From the NCBI GenBank assembly GCA_044356525.1, contig JBIKVZ010000002.1, positions 322,612 through 386,611 of the forward strand: DNA of 64,000 bases, in the 5' to 3' direction. The position numbers were made by a program, and so were the translations under genes. Shown here one piece after another: positions 39,216-47,353 of this stretch (the first letter of the stretch is position 1; each line of letters begins with the position of its first letter). The notes under the pieces are model-generated. The model was not told the DNA's origin. It ran no database searches and saw only the letters and a program-made list of their open reading frames with translations. This DNA comes from Rickettsiales bacterium (GTDB lineage Bacteria > Pseudomonadota > Alphaproteobacteria > Rickettsiales > RGZB01).

Positions 39216-39535
39216 TAGCCGCGGCTTAAAGCGTTTGGCGAGAAGGTCAGGTTAAACGCCACGGAAACGCGTGTGCCATCGCCTTTAAACGGCAGAATGT
39301 AATGTTCCACATAGCTCGGGAAAATAATCATCAGGCCTTGTTGCCCGATACTACCAGTACCGGCGACGATTTCACCGCCTGTTGGTGCTGAGAATGAAAC
39401 GGCTGGAATGGCGACAGACAGCACACCGAATACTAACGCAGTATAGCAGTTATACACCTGCTTATTACGTTTACGGATTTTCCACATATATTCCGTACGG
39501 TTGCCCTTTTTCAGCGCATCAGCAAACAATTTCAT
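39212..39535 (-). pseudogene. Chimeric remnant: TpsA/filamentous-haemagglutinin N-terminus fused to the C-terminal strands of a TIGR02466-like 2OG-Fe(II) oxygenase
   Basis: Residues about 17-66 (KIRKRNKQVYNCYTALVFGVLSVAIPAVSFSAPTGGEIVAGTGSIGQQG) resemble an extended signal peptide plus the start of a TPS (haemagglutination activity) domain. Residues about 67-107 (LMIIFPSYVEHYILPFKGDGTRVSVAFNLTF) resemble the last beta-strands of the 2OG-FeII_Oxy_5/TIGR02466 family. Neither parent domain is complete. Confidence 0.5.
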
Positions 39536-39567
39536 GATATGTAACCCCAGTGTAAAAGTATTAGTTC

Positions 39568-39600
39568 CCCAAAAACGCAGAGGAGGGAGCCTTCTGCGCG
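39568..39600 (-). terminator. Orphan rho-independent terminator-like hairpin
   Basis: On the - strand: CGCAGA-aggctccctcc-TCTGCG followed by TTTTTGGGG. It sits upstream of the chimeric ORF, and no - strand gene reads into it. Confidence 0.35.
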
Positions 39601-39706
39601 ACGATGCCTTGTAGCAGAAAAAAACAGCACGGCTATCAATTTTGTTAAAATTTTAAATTGTTTGTTTTTATTTTGGAGCAAAATAATCTATCCTATTGTT
39701 ATATAT

Positions 39707-40567
39707 ATGAAAAATAATATACCGGATTTCGCAGAAATGGCCTGTAAAATGTGGCTGTTTGAGGCTCCCGTTCTGATACAAGGTGGGGGCTTTTTATCGT
39801 CACCGGAATGGCAAAAAATTGCAGGAAATCAACAGTTAGGACAACCCGTGGTTGCGTATGGGGGGCGCGCTACGCTGGGGGCATATATCGAAGCGTTGGC
39901 GGCAGAAGCGATACGGCAGGGTGGGTGCGCCGAGTTGCTCGCTCAAAATATCCAGTTTTTTGAAAACAAGCAGACCATAGGCGAGATAGATTTCCTACTA
40001 CGCCAGAATGGGAAAGTGCTGCATCTGGAGCTGGCGGCAAAATTTTACCTCTGCATTGGCGATATTCACAATATGACGCATTGGGTGGGCACGAATGTGC
40101 GCGATAGCATGGCACTTAAGCATAAAAAACTTACCGAAAGCCAGTTGTTGCTTTCTAAAAACCCACTTGTGGTGCAGCAGCTCACCGCACAAGGGCTGCC
40201 CGTGCCAGATAATGCGCGGGTGCTTTTAAAAGGGCAGCTTTTTTATCCGTTTGCCGACTGGCAATCTGAAGTGCGCGCAAATTGGGCCGCGCCTGATCAT
40301 GCAGCAGGCTGGTGGCTTGAGGCAGATAACATCAGCCTTCTCTCCGGCATCGCGGAGCGCTGGTATATATGTAGTGATAAAAAAGAGTGGCTGCTTGCGG
40401 GTAACACGCCAGTTGAAAACAAAACTCTATCCACACAAGAATTGCAGCAGCAACTCTCTGGGCTCGCAAAACCGGTGATGGTGCATGCGGTGGTAAACGG
40501 AGTGTTTGCGCAGAATGGTTTTATTGTGCCGCAAGGTTGGTTCGAGGATGCCCGTGGTGCATTGTAA
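39707..40567 (+). CDS. DUF1853 family protein (PD-(D/E)xK nuclease-like fold)
   Basis: TLGAYIEALAAEAI...QTIGEIDFLLRQNGKVLHLELAAKFYL matches the DUF1853 core (GElDF...H.ElAvKfYL). The start is set at ATG 39707. The track ORF begins at 39662. Confidence 0.55.
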   Translation: MKNNIPDFAEMACKMWLFEAPVLIQGGGFLSSPEWQKIAGNQQLGQPVVAYGGRATLGAYIEALAAEAIRQGGCAELLAQNIQFFENKQTIGEIDFLLRQNGKVLHLELAAKFYLCIGDIHNMTHWVGTNVRDSMALKHKKLTESQLLLSKNPLVVQQLTAQGLPVPDNARVLLKGQLFYPFADWQSEVRANWAAPDHAAGWWLEADNISLLSGIAERWYICSDKKEWLLAGNTPVENKTLSTQELQQQLSGLAKPVMVHAVVNGVFAQNGFIVPQGWFEDARGAL

Positions 40568-40590
40568 TTTTGCCACAAGCGCGGCACGAT

Positions 40591-40637
40591 GGTTAAAAAG
40601 AGAATTTTATTAAAAAACAATTAATTCTTTTTTAACC
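40591..40637. repeat. AT-rich inverted repeat (about 15-16 nt arms, 16-nt spacer) upstream of the EAL gene
   Basis: GGTTAAAAAGAGAATT (40591-40606) pairs with AATTCTTTTTTAACC (40623-40637), with one indel. It lies between the DUF1853 stop and the GTG start at 40659. Confidence 0.45.
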
Positions 40638-40658
40638 AATGTACTATATTCAATAAGG

Positions 40659-42305
40659 GTGCCCATTAAAAAAGCGAACGAATTGATAAACATGGATGAA
40701 TTAGCCCGCATCAAGGCCAGCCTCGAGCATACGAAGAGTGTGGTTTATGCGTATTCCACCGAGAATAAATCTTTCAGCTGGACGGGTAATCCCGAAGCGG
40801 CGTTTGGCATCAAACAGCTGGATGGCAGCCATAAATGGCTCATGTCCCATATTCACGATGAAGATCAGCCGTTTTACGAAAGAGCATTTGAAAATGCCGT
40901 GCGGCAGAACACGCCATTCTCACTCGAATACCGCCTAAAGAAGCCCGATGGTCGGGCGGTGTGGGTGGTGGATAACGCCACGCCCATGAAGCAGGGCAAG
41001 GAAAAATTATTTGTCGGCATCATTCGTCAGGTCGAAGCGCATGAAAGCGCCTATGCCGATGGCGAGCATGCCTTTAAGCCCGCTTTCATCAAAAAGCTCG
41101 ATGGCATCATCCAGCAAGTGGTGGAAAAAGGGCAGGAGGGCTGTTTTTTAAAAGTCTGTGTCACGAACCTGCCCACAGTCATGAGCTGGTATGGCAAGCA
41201 GGTGGCCGACCAAGTGATGGCTGATTTAGTCGGCAAAATCCGTAAATACACAAAAGCGGAAGACATCATCACCCGCATCTATATCGACCAGATTGGCATT
41301 ATCCTCAAAACCACCTCGCACGAGGAAGTGGCAGCGATTGTGCGCCATGTGGATGAATTCATCCGCAACTATAAATGCGAATGGGTGGAAGAACCGGTTA
41401 CGTTCCGTTGCCTTATCGGCGGTGTGTATTTCCCATCTAATGCCAACACGGCGCAGGAAGCGATGAACCGTGCGTATATCGCGCTTTCCGCCGCGCGTGA
41501 CCCGACGGCAACGTCTATTTATTGCGATTATCGCGAGGCCGAAGCCTCACAGACCTATTCCAAAAACCAAATTGGCATCATGCATTACATGCGCAGTGCT
41601 GTGCATAAAGATAGGCTGAAGCTCGCCTTCCAGCCGATTGTGGAAACTAAAACCGGCAAGATTGACCACTATGAATGCTTGCTGCGTATCCTAGATGAAA
41701 AAGGCCGCGTCTCTTCTGCGGGCGGCATTATCCCCATTGCAGAAAAGATGGGCTTTATTGACGTCATCGACCAGTTCGTGATGGAAAAAGTGATTGGCGA
41801 ACTGGAAGCCTCGAAAGACATTAAATTCACCTTCAACGTGTCAAACCTCACGACGGACAGTCCGAAGTGGCTGGCGCTGTGCACCAAAATGCTGGCGGGG
41901 CGTGAAGACATTGCAAACCGCATCATCGTTGAAATTACTGAAACTGCGGCGCAGCGCGATTTGCGTCAAACGGCCTACTTCGTGGCGTCGCTGCAATCGC
42001 TGGGCTGCGGTGTGGCGCTCGATGACTTTGGCGCGGGCTACACATCCTTCCGTCAGCTGAAAAGCCTTTCAGTGGACATGGTAAAAATTGATGGCACGTT
42101 CATCATGGATTTGGCAGAGAATTCTGAAAACCTACTCTTCATCAAAACACTTATCGACTTCAACAATTGCTACGGCCTTAAAACGATTGCCGAGTGTGTG
42201 GAAACAGGCGAGGTGGCAAAAATCCTGATGGAAATTAACGTGGACTACATGCAGGGCTACTACTTCGGCAAGCCGGAAACCCGCCGTCCGTGGCGTGGCG
42301 AGTAG
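40659..42305 (+). CDS. PAS / degenerate GGDEF / EAL c-di-GMP phosphodiesterase-type protein
   Basis: 548-aa ORF with a PAS region (FSLEYRLKKPDGRAVWVVDNATP). The GGDEF position reads GGVYF. The EAL domain has ECLLR, DDFGAGYTSF, KIDG and ECVET. Confidence 0.8.
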   Translation: MPIKKANELINMDELARIKASLEHTKSVVYAYSTENKSFSWTGNPEAAFGIKQLDGSHKWLMSHIHDEDQPFYERAFENAVRQNTPFSLEYRLKKPDGRAVWVVDNATPMKQGKEKLFVGIIRQVEAHESAYADGEHAFKPAFIKKLDGIIQQVVEKGQEGCFLKVCVTNLPTVMSWYGKQVADQVMADLVGKIRKYTKAEDIITRIYIDQIGIILKTTSHEEVAAIVRHVDEFIRNYKCEWVEEPVTFRCLIGGVYFPSNANTAQEAMNRAYIALSAARDPTATSIYCDYREAEASQTYSKNQIGIMHYMRSAVHKDRLKLAFQPIVETKTGKIDHYECLLRILDEKGRVSSAGGIIPIAEKMGFIDVIDQFVMEKVIGELEASKDIKFTFNVSNLTTDSPKWLALCTKMLAGREDIANRIIVEITETAAQRDLRQTAYFVASLQSLGCGVALDDFGAGYTSFRQLKSLSVDMVKIDGTFIMDLAENSENLLFIKTLIDFNNCYGLKTIAECVETGEVAKILMEINVDYMQGYYFGKPETRRPWRGE

Positions 42306-42387
42306 CGGCTCGCATTTCAGTGGTTGCATGTCGGTGCTAAATTATTTTATTCTCTCGCATCAATCCTAAACACAAAAGGTAACTCGC

Positions 42388-43371
42388 GTGGCAGGCAAAA
42401 TGAAAGCAGGTGTATTGGGCGCGGGTGCGTGGGGCACAGCGATTGCAATTACCCTCACGCGTGCGGGTTGCGACGTGATGCTGTGGGCGCGCGAGCCTGA
42501 AGTGGTTGAATCCATCAATTCCAAAAATGAAAACACCTTATTCCTTGAAGGCACCAAGTTGCCAAAGGCGCTGAAAGCTACCGGCAAGCTGGAGGATTTA
42601 AAAGACGTTGAGGCGATTTTTACTGTTACCCCGTCACAATTCATGGCGGCCACGTGCGAGCAGCTTAAAGCCATCGGCCTTAATAAAAATATTCCGCTCG
42701 TGCTGTGCAGTAAGGGCGTGGACCAGCAATCACTTAAGCTGATGAGCGAAGTAACGGAAGAAATTTTGCCGAATCCTGTCGCAGTGCTTTCCGGCCCTAC
42801 CTTTGCCGATGAAGTGGCCGATGGTCTTCCGGCTTCTGTCACGCTGGCATGCAAAGACAAAAAACTTGCTGAGAAACTCGCAAAAATGCTGCGCCACCGC
42901 ATGTTCAAAATTTACACGACCAATGACATGGTCGGGGCACAGATTAGCGGTTCTGTGAAGAACGTGCTCGCCATTGCGTGCGGCATTGCTGCAGGCCGCA
43001 ACCTTGGGCAAAACGCGCAAGCTGCGCTTATTACGGGCGGCCTTGCTGAAATCCGCCGCCTCTGCATTGCAAAAGGCGGGCGCTCTGAAACCATCATGGG
43101 CCTGTGCGGCTTGGGTGACGTGATTCTCACCTGCGGTAGCCCCAAATCCCGTAACATGTCGTTGGGCATGGCGCTGGGGCAGGGCCAAACGCTCAAAGAA
43201 TATATGGCGGGCCGCAAAACTGTGGCAGAAGGTGTTTATTCGGCAGATTCCGTCACGCGCCTTGCAAAAAAAATGGGCGTATCAATGCCCATCTGCGAAG
43301 CGGTGCAGCGTATTCTGCATGAGAGTGTGTCCATAGAAACAATCGCCGAAGAATTGATTATGTCTTCTTAG
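42388..43371 (+). CDS. gpsA: NAD(P)H-dependent glycerol-3-phosphate dehydrogenase
   Basis: 327-aa ORF with GVLGAGAWGTAIA, LSGPTFADEV and CGLGDVILTCGSPKSRN. Confidence 0.9.
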   Translation: MAGKMKAGVLGAGAWGTAIAITLTRAGCDVMLWAREPEVVESINSKNENTLFLEGTKLPKALKATGKLEDLKDVEAIFTVTPSQFMAATCEQLKAIGLNKNIPLVLCSKGVDQQSLKLMSEVTEEILPNPVAVLSGPTFADEVADGLPASVTLACKDKKLAEKLAKMLRHRMFKIYTTNDMVGAQISGSVKNVLAIACGIAAGRNLGQNAQAALITGGLAEIRRLCIAKGGRSETIMGLCGLGDVILTCGSPKSRNMSLGMALGQGQTLKEYMAGRKTVAEGVYSADSVTRLAKKMGVSMPICEAVQRILHESVSIETIAEELIMSS

Positions 43372-43436
43372 GAAAAACGCGCCTTAGCGCTTTTCTTTCC
43401 TGTTGTTTTGCAATAAGATATTCTCACTTTTCCAGT

Positions 43437-46067
43437 GTGCGTACGCTACCATGCGCTGCGCCAGTCGGGAGTGAATGCGTGAAGATATCAGTTAAGGCAA
43501 TTTATGTCGGCTCAATGATGCCCTTGCTCATCATTGCGTTGCTGTTGCTTTCCATTTCGCTCACCCCGTACTACCTCACTACCAAATATAAAAATCGGCT
43601 GGATGATGAAATCCGTACGTCTATCGAAACGCACGCAGCAGCAGCGGCAGTCATGGCGCAGCTGCGCAATTACACCAACCATTTGCTCGAGCCAACAGAC
43701 GGCCAGCAGAAAAAAGTGTTCGAAGGTTTCGAGCGCAACATGGAGGCGGTAGATAAAACCATTGCGAAGGATAGTCCGTTAATCAGCAACGATTACACCG
43801 CAGCTCTCAAGCAGATACGCTACGATTTTGACCTCATACAAGACACATTCGCAAAAGACCTTCAAAAAGAAAAGTTCCTTGAGAATTACACGCGTATGAC
43901 GGCTAGTTTGTTAGTCACGCGCCCGCCTAACAGACTTCTTGAAATTGAAAAAAGTTACCTGAATGTGCACCGCGAACATGTTCGGCGCACGGCGTCTTAT
44001 CTTGAAAGCAATAACAAGAACAGCTTCTTTCCGGTTGGCGATGATTTTGGCAAGAGAATTCAAAAAATCATCAATAACTATCAGCAAATCACATACATGA
44101 CTCGGCTCAGAATCCTGATGAACGCGCATTACATGGCATCAGTGGCATACCTCTACACCCCCCAAGCATCGATGATGGATCTCAAAAAAATACGCGGTCA
44201 GATTAATGAAACCATGACAGAGATTGAAAAAGTGTATTCGTCGGCGGCTGACTTTGATCAGGCGGATGAACTGCAAGCGACATTCTTTACAAAACTGAAA
44301 GATGAAATTTATGATTTTCTAGATGCTTCAGAATTTCTGCGTGCCAACATTGGCACTTCCAGTTACGAGAATTTACGTAAATTTGCTGGTGACTATCTGA
44401 TCGACCTTAATGGCCTCATCAACCAAAGCATGATTGTTGAATCCATTGCCAGAACGAATAAGGACTTGGAAGCAGACATTGCTTACGTCAACCGCGATGT
44501 GATGCAGAATTTATGGATGGCAATTATTTCGGCCGTCACCATTGTGCTCATCATCCTCGTGCCGCCCATTATCATTTCATGGCGTCTTATCCGCCCCATT
44601 GTGGGCATGCACCGTGTAATAACGGCGCGTTATAAACTTGTGGAATCGGAAGACAAACAAACCAGCGTGTCCGGTAAGGATGAAGTCGATGAACTGGTGC
44701 AGACCTTTAGCATCATGTACAAAGAAATTTCCGATTCGCGTGATGAAATCGTGGTGCGTCAATCCATTGCCTCAGCGTGTTCGTCTGCCAGCAGTGTTGA
44801 GCAGGCAGCAGAAACCTGCCTTGAGCTGGTGAGCAACCACACGAACTGGACGGGTGGGCATATCTATCTGCGCAACCCTGAAAGCATGATGATGACAGCC
44901 ATGCCGCTATGGTACATGGGCGCCGAAGCAAAGCTCCGCCCCTTGCGCGACTTGATTGAAAGCCAATACACGGTAGAGCCGGAATCATTGGTGGCAAAGG
45001 TCATGGAAACCAAACGCCCTGCATGGCACCGCACAATCTTGCTGAATAGCAAAGTGATCACCGAGCAGGAAGCCTTAAAATATGGCCTGAAGGGCATGAT
45101 TGCCGTGCCGGTGATGGTAAAGGGCAGTGTGCAGGGTGTGCTGGAGTTTTTCTCGGAAGGTGAAATTGCACCGAATGACAGGCTGCTACTTCTGCTGGTG
45201 AACACGGCCATCCAGCTGGGTCGTGTTATCGAGCGCCAGAACTGGGAAGGTGCGCTGGTGGAAGCGCGTGAGGAAGCCGAAGAAGCCAACAAAGCGAAGA
45301 GCGAATTCCTTACCAACATGTCGCACGAACTGCGTACACCGATGCACGCCATTCTTGGTTTTGCGAAGCTGGCGATTAAGGGGATTGAGAAAAATAAATT
45401 CCCGCCAGAAGAACTCAAAAAGCATTTTGGTAATATTCTTATCAGTGGCGAAAGGCTCCTTGGCTTCTTGAACGTGCTGCTCGACCTTTCAAAGCTTGAG
45501 TCCGGCACCACGGTCTATGAAATGAAGCGGAATGACATGCAGAAGGTGGTGGAAAACGTGCAGCGCGAAATTCAGTCGCTGCTCGACCAGAAGAAAATTA
45601 CGCTTGAGGTTAAAAAAGCATTCCCTGAGCTTTCCACCGAAGCTGTATTTGATTACGGTAAGCTGGTGCAGGTGATTTTGAACCTGCTTTCAAACGCCAT
45701 CAAGTTTTCGCCCGAGGGCAAAAAAATTATCATCACGTTCAGCAATGCGCACGTTTCCTTAAAGAAAACGGTGGAAGAAATGCTGGATGCCCAAGCACGC
45801 ATGGTGGATGCCTTGCAGGTCACCGTGGAAGATGAAGGGGAGGGCATTCCCCCCACCGAGGTCGAATATGTGTTCGATAAGTACATGCAGAGCAGCCGCA
45901 GTATTGGTAAAAAAGAAGGCACGGGCCTTGGTCTTTCCATTTGCCGCGAAATCATTAAAGACCACGGCGGCAAGATTTTTGCCGCAAATCGGCCTGAGGG
46001 CGGGGCTATTTTCACCGTACAGGTGCCGGTTGAGAAATTGAATGTAGAGGAAAAGCAAAAACAATAG
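43437..46067 (+). CDS. Membrane sensor histidine kinase (large extracytoplasmic helical domain, TM, HAMP-like, GAF, HisKA, HATPase_c)
   Basis: H-box SHELRTPMHAILGF, N-box LLSNAIKFSP, G-boxes EDEGEGIP and GTGLGLSICREI, and a GAF-like segment (GMIAVPVMVKGSVQGVLEFFS). The true start is possibly ATG 43515 or 43518 (MMPLLIIALLL). Confidence 0.85.
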   Translation: MRTLPCAAPVGSECVKISVKAIYVGSMMPLLIIALLLLSISLTPYYLTTKYKNRLDDEIRTSIETHAAAAAVMAQLRNYTNHLLEPTDGQQKKVFEGFERNMEAVDKTIAKDSPLISNDYTAALKQIRYDFDLIQDTFAKDLQKEKFLENYTRMTASLLVTRPPNRLLEIEKSYLNVHREHVRRTASYLESNNKNSFFPVGDDFGKRIQKIINNYQQITYMTRLRILMNAHYMASVAYLYTPQASMMDLKKIRGQINETMTEIEKVYSSAADFDQADELQATFFTKLKDEIYDFLDASEFLRANIGTSSYENLRKFAGDYLIDLNGLINQSMIVESIARTNKDLEADIAYVNRDVMQNLWMAIISAVTIVLIILVPPIIISWRLIRPIVGMHRVITARYKLVESEDKQTSVSGKDEVDELVQTFSIMYKEISDSRDEIVVRQSIASACSSASSVEQAAETCLELVSNHTNWTGGHIYLRNPESMMMTAMPLWYMGAEAKLRPLRDLIESQYTVEPESLVAKVMETKRPAWHRTILLNSKVITEQEALKYGLKGMIAVPVMVKGSVQGVLEFFSEGEIAPNDRLLLLLVNTAIQLGRVIERQNWEGALVEAREEAEEANKAKSEFLTNMSHELRTPMHAILGFAKLAIKGIEKNKFPPEELKKHFGNILISGERLLGFLNVLLDLSKLESGTTVYEMKRNDMQKVVENVQREIQSLLDQKKITLEVKKAFPELSTEAVFDYGKLVQVILNLLSNAIKFSPEGKKIIITFSNAHVSLKKTVEEMLDAQARMVDALQVTVEDEGEGIPPTEVEYVFDKYMQSSRSIGKKEGTGLGLSICREIIKDHGGKIFAANRPEGGAIFTVQVPVEKLNVEEKQKQ

Positions 46068-46101
46068 TACTATAGGCCCGCCAAGGCCTTAAGGAGGAAT
46101 A

Positions 46102-47007
46102 ATGGCAAAACAACGCACGAAGATTTTGATGGTGGACGATGAGCCGATGAATATCGAGCTCGTGAGCGCCTACCTTGCCGTAAACGACTATGAGGGCGTA
46201 TTCGCCACTGATGCTCAAATGGGCTTAAAAAAGCTGCTCGAGCACGAAGATGAAATCATGCTCATCCTGCTCGACCGCATGATGCCGGGGCTGGATGGTA
46301 TCGGCCTCCTCAAGAAAATCAAACAAGAACCCAAATGGGCAGATATTCCCATCATCATGCAAACGGCAGCAGGTGCCAAAGAGCAGGTGATGGAAGGTAT
46401 CGAGGCAGGTGCGTATTACTACCTCACCAAGCCGTTTGATGAAGAAACGCTGATGGCGATCGTGGAAGCTGCAGTGGGTGACGTAAAACAGCGCGAAGTG
46501 CAGAAGCTGGAAATGCAGAAGAATGCGAACATGCTTGCCACCATGAAGAATGCTTACTTTGAGCTGCGCACGCCGGAGGAAGCAAAAAATCTGGCAACGT
46601 TCCTTAGTTACCTATTTCCAGACCCAGACCGCACGCAATTCGGCCTTTACCAGCTTATGGCAAACGCCGTGGTAGCGGGTAATCTTGAAATTGATTACGA
46701 CTTCAAAACGCTGCTGCTGGCCGAGAACCGTCTAGACCAAGAAGTGGCCGATCGTTTACGTATGCAGAAATATGCTGGCAGGTTGGTGCTTGTAAACTTC
46801 ACCCGCACAGCGGAGGATGTATCCGTGCATGTGAAGGATGAAGGCGCGGGCTTTGATTGGAAGCCTTACTTAGTCGTTGACCCGAACCGTGCGACCGATA
46901 GCCATGGTCGCGGTATCGCCGTGGCGAATATGACAGCGTTTGATACGCTGGAATATAAAGAGCCGGGCAACGAAGTCACCGGCACCTGCCGCATCGACCA
47001 GTTTTAG
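46102..47007 (+). CDS. Response regulator: REC domain fused to an RsbW/SpoIIAB-like (HATPase_c_2) Ser-kinase-type domain
   Basis: REC region: KILMVDDEPMN...LILLDRMMPGLDG...KP. The C-terminal half has the N-box-like LMANAVVAGN, the G1-like VKDEGAGFD and the G2-like HGRGIAVANM. No DNA-binding domain is present. Confidence 0.7.
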   Translation: MAKQRTKILMVDDEPMNIELVSAYLAVNDYEGVFATDAQMGLKKLLEHEDEIMLILLDRMMPGLDGIGLLKKIKQEPKWADIPIIMQTAAGAKEQVMEGIEAGAYYYLTKPFDEETLMAIVEAAVGDVKQREVQKLEMQKNANMLATMKNAYFELRTPEEAKNLATFLSYLFPDPDRTQFGLYQLMANAVVAGNLEIDYDFKTLLLAENRLDQEVADRLRMQKYAGRLVLVNFTRTAEDVSVHVKDEGAGFDWKPYLVVDPNRATDSHGRGIAVANMTAFDTLEYKEPGNEVTGTCRIDQF

Positions 47008-47291
47008 CGTATCGAACGGCTGTCGCGGCGCTGCAGCGATAGCTTGCCGTGTTTAATCATCAGTTCCGAATCACCAATGGTGCAGATGGGCTTCTGGCCC
47101 TTTAACTCCGTCACCACATTCGGACCTGCCGTGCGGTAAGAGCTGCCTGGGGCAAGCATCACTTCTTTTTCCTCTCCGCCATCCGTTACCTTTAGCACAT
47201 ACGGCACTTTATCGATATTGCGGATAATGGCTGCTTCAGCGTTTGGAAGCCAGAGCGCTAGACCAAGACTAAGTAAGATGATTCTTTTCAT
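47004..47291 (-). CDS. Hypothetical small exported protein
   Basis: A signal peptide MKRIILLSLGLALWLPNAEA is followed by an ~75-aa beta-rich body. The start is trimmed to ATG 47291. Its stop overlaps the response-regulator stop. I recognise no family. Confidence 0.4.
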   Translation of the reverse strand: MKRIILLSLGLALWLPNAEAAIIRNIDKVPYVLKVTDGGEEKEVMLAPGSSYRTAGPNVVTELKGQKPICTIGDSELMIKHGKLSLQRRDSRSIR

Positions 47292-47353
47292 TTTATTATT
47301 TGCATCTACAATTACAGACAAGCTTCAGTCTATAATATTTTTAGAAAAAAGCC

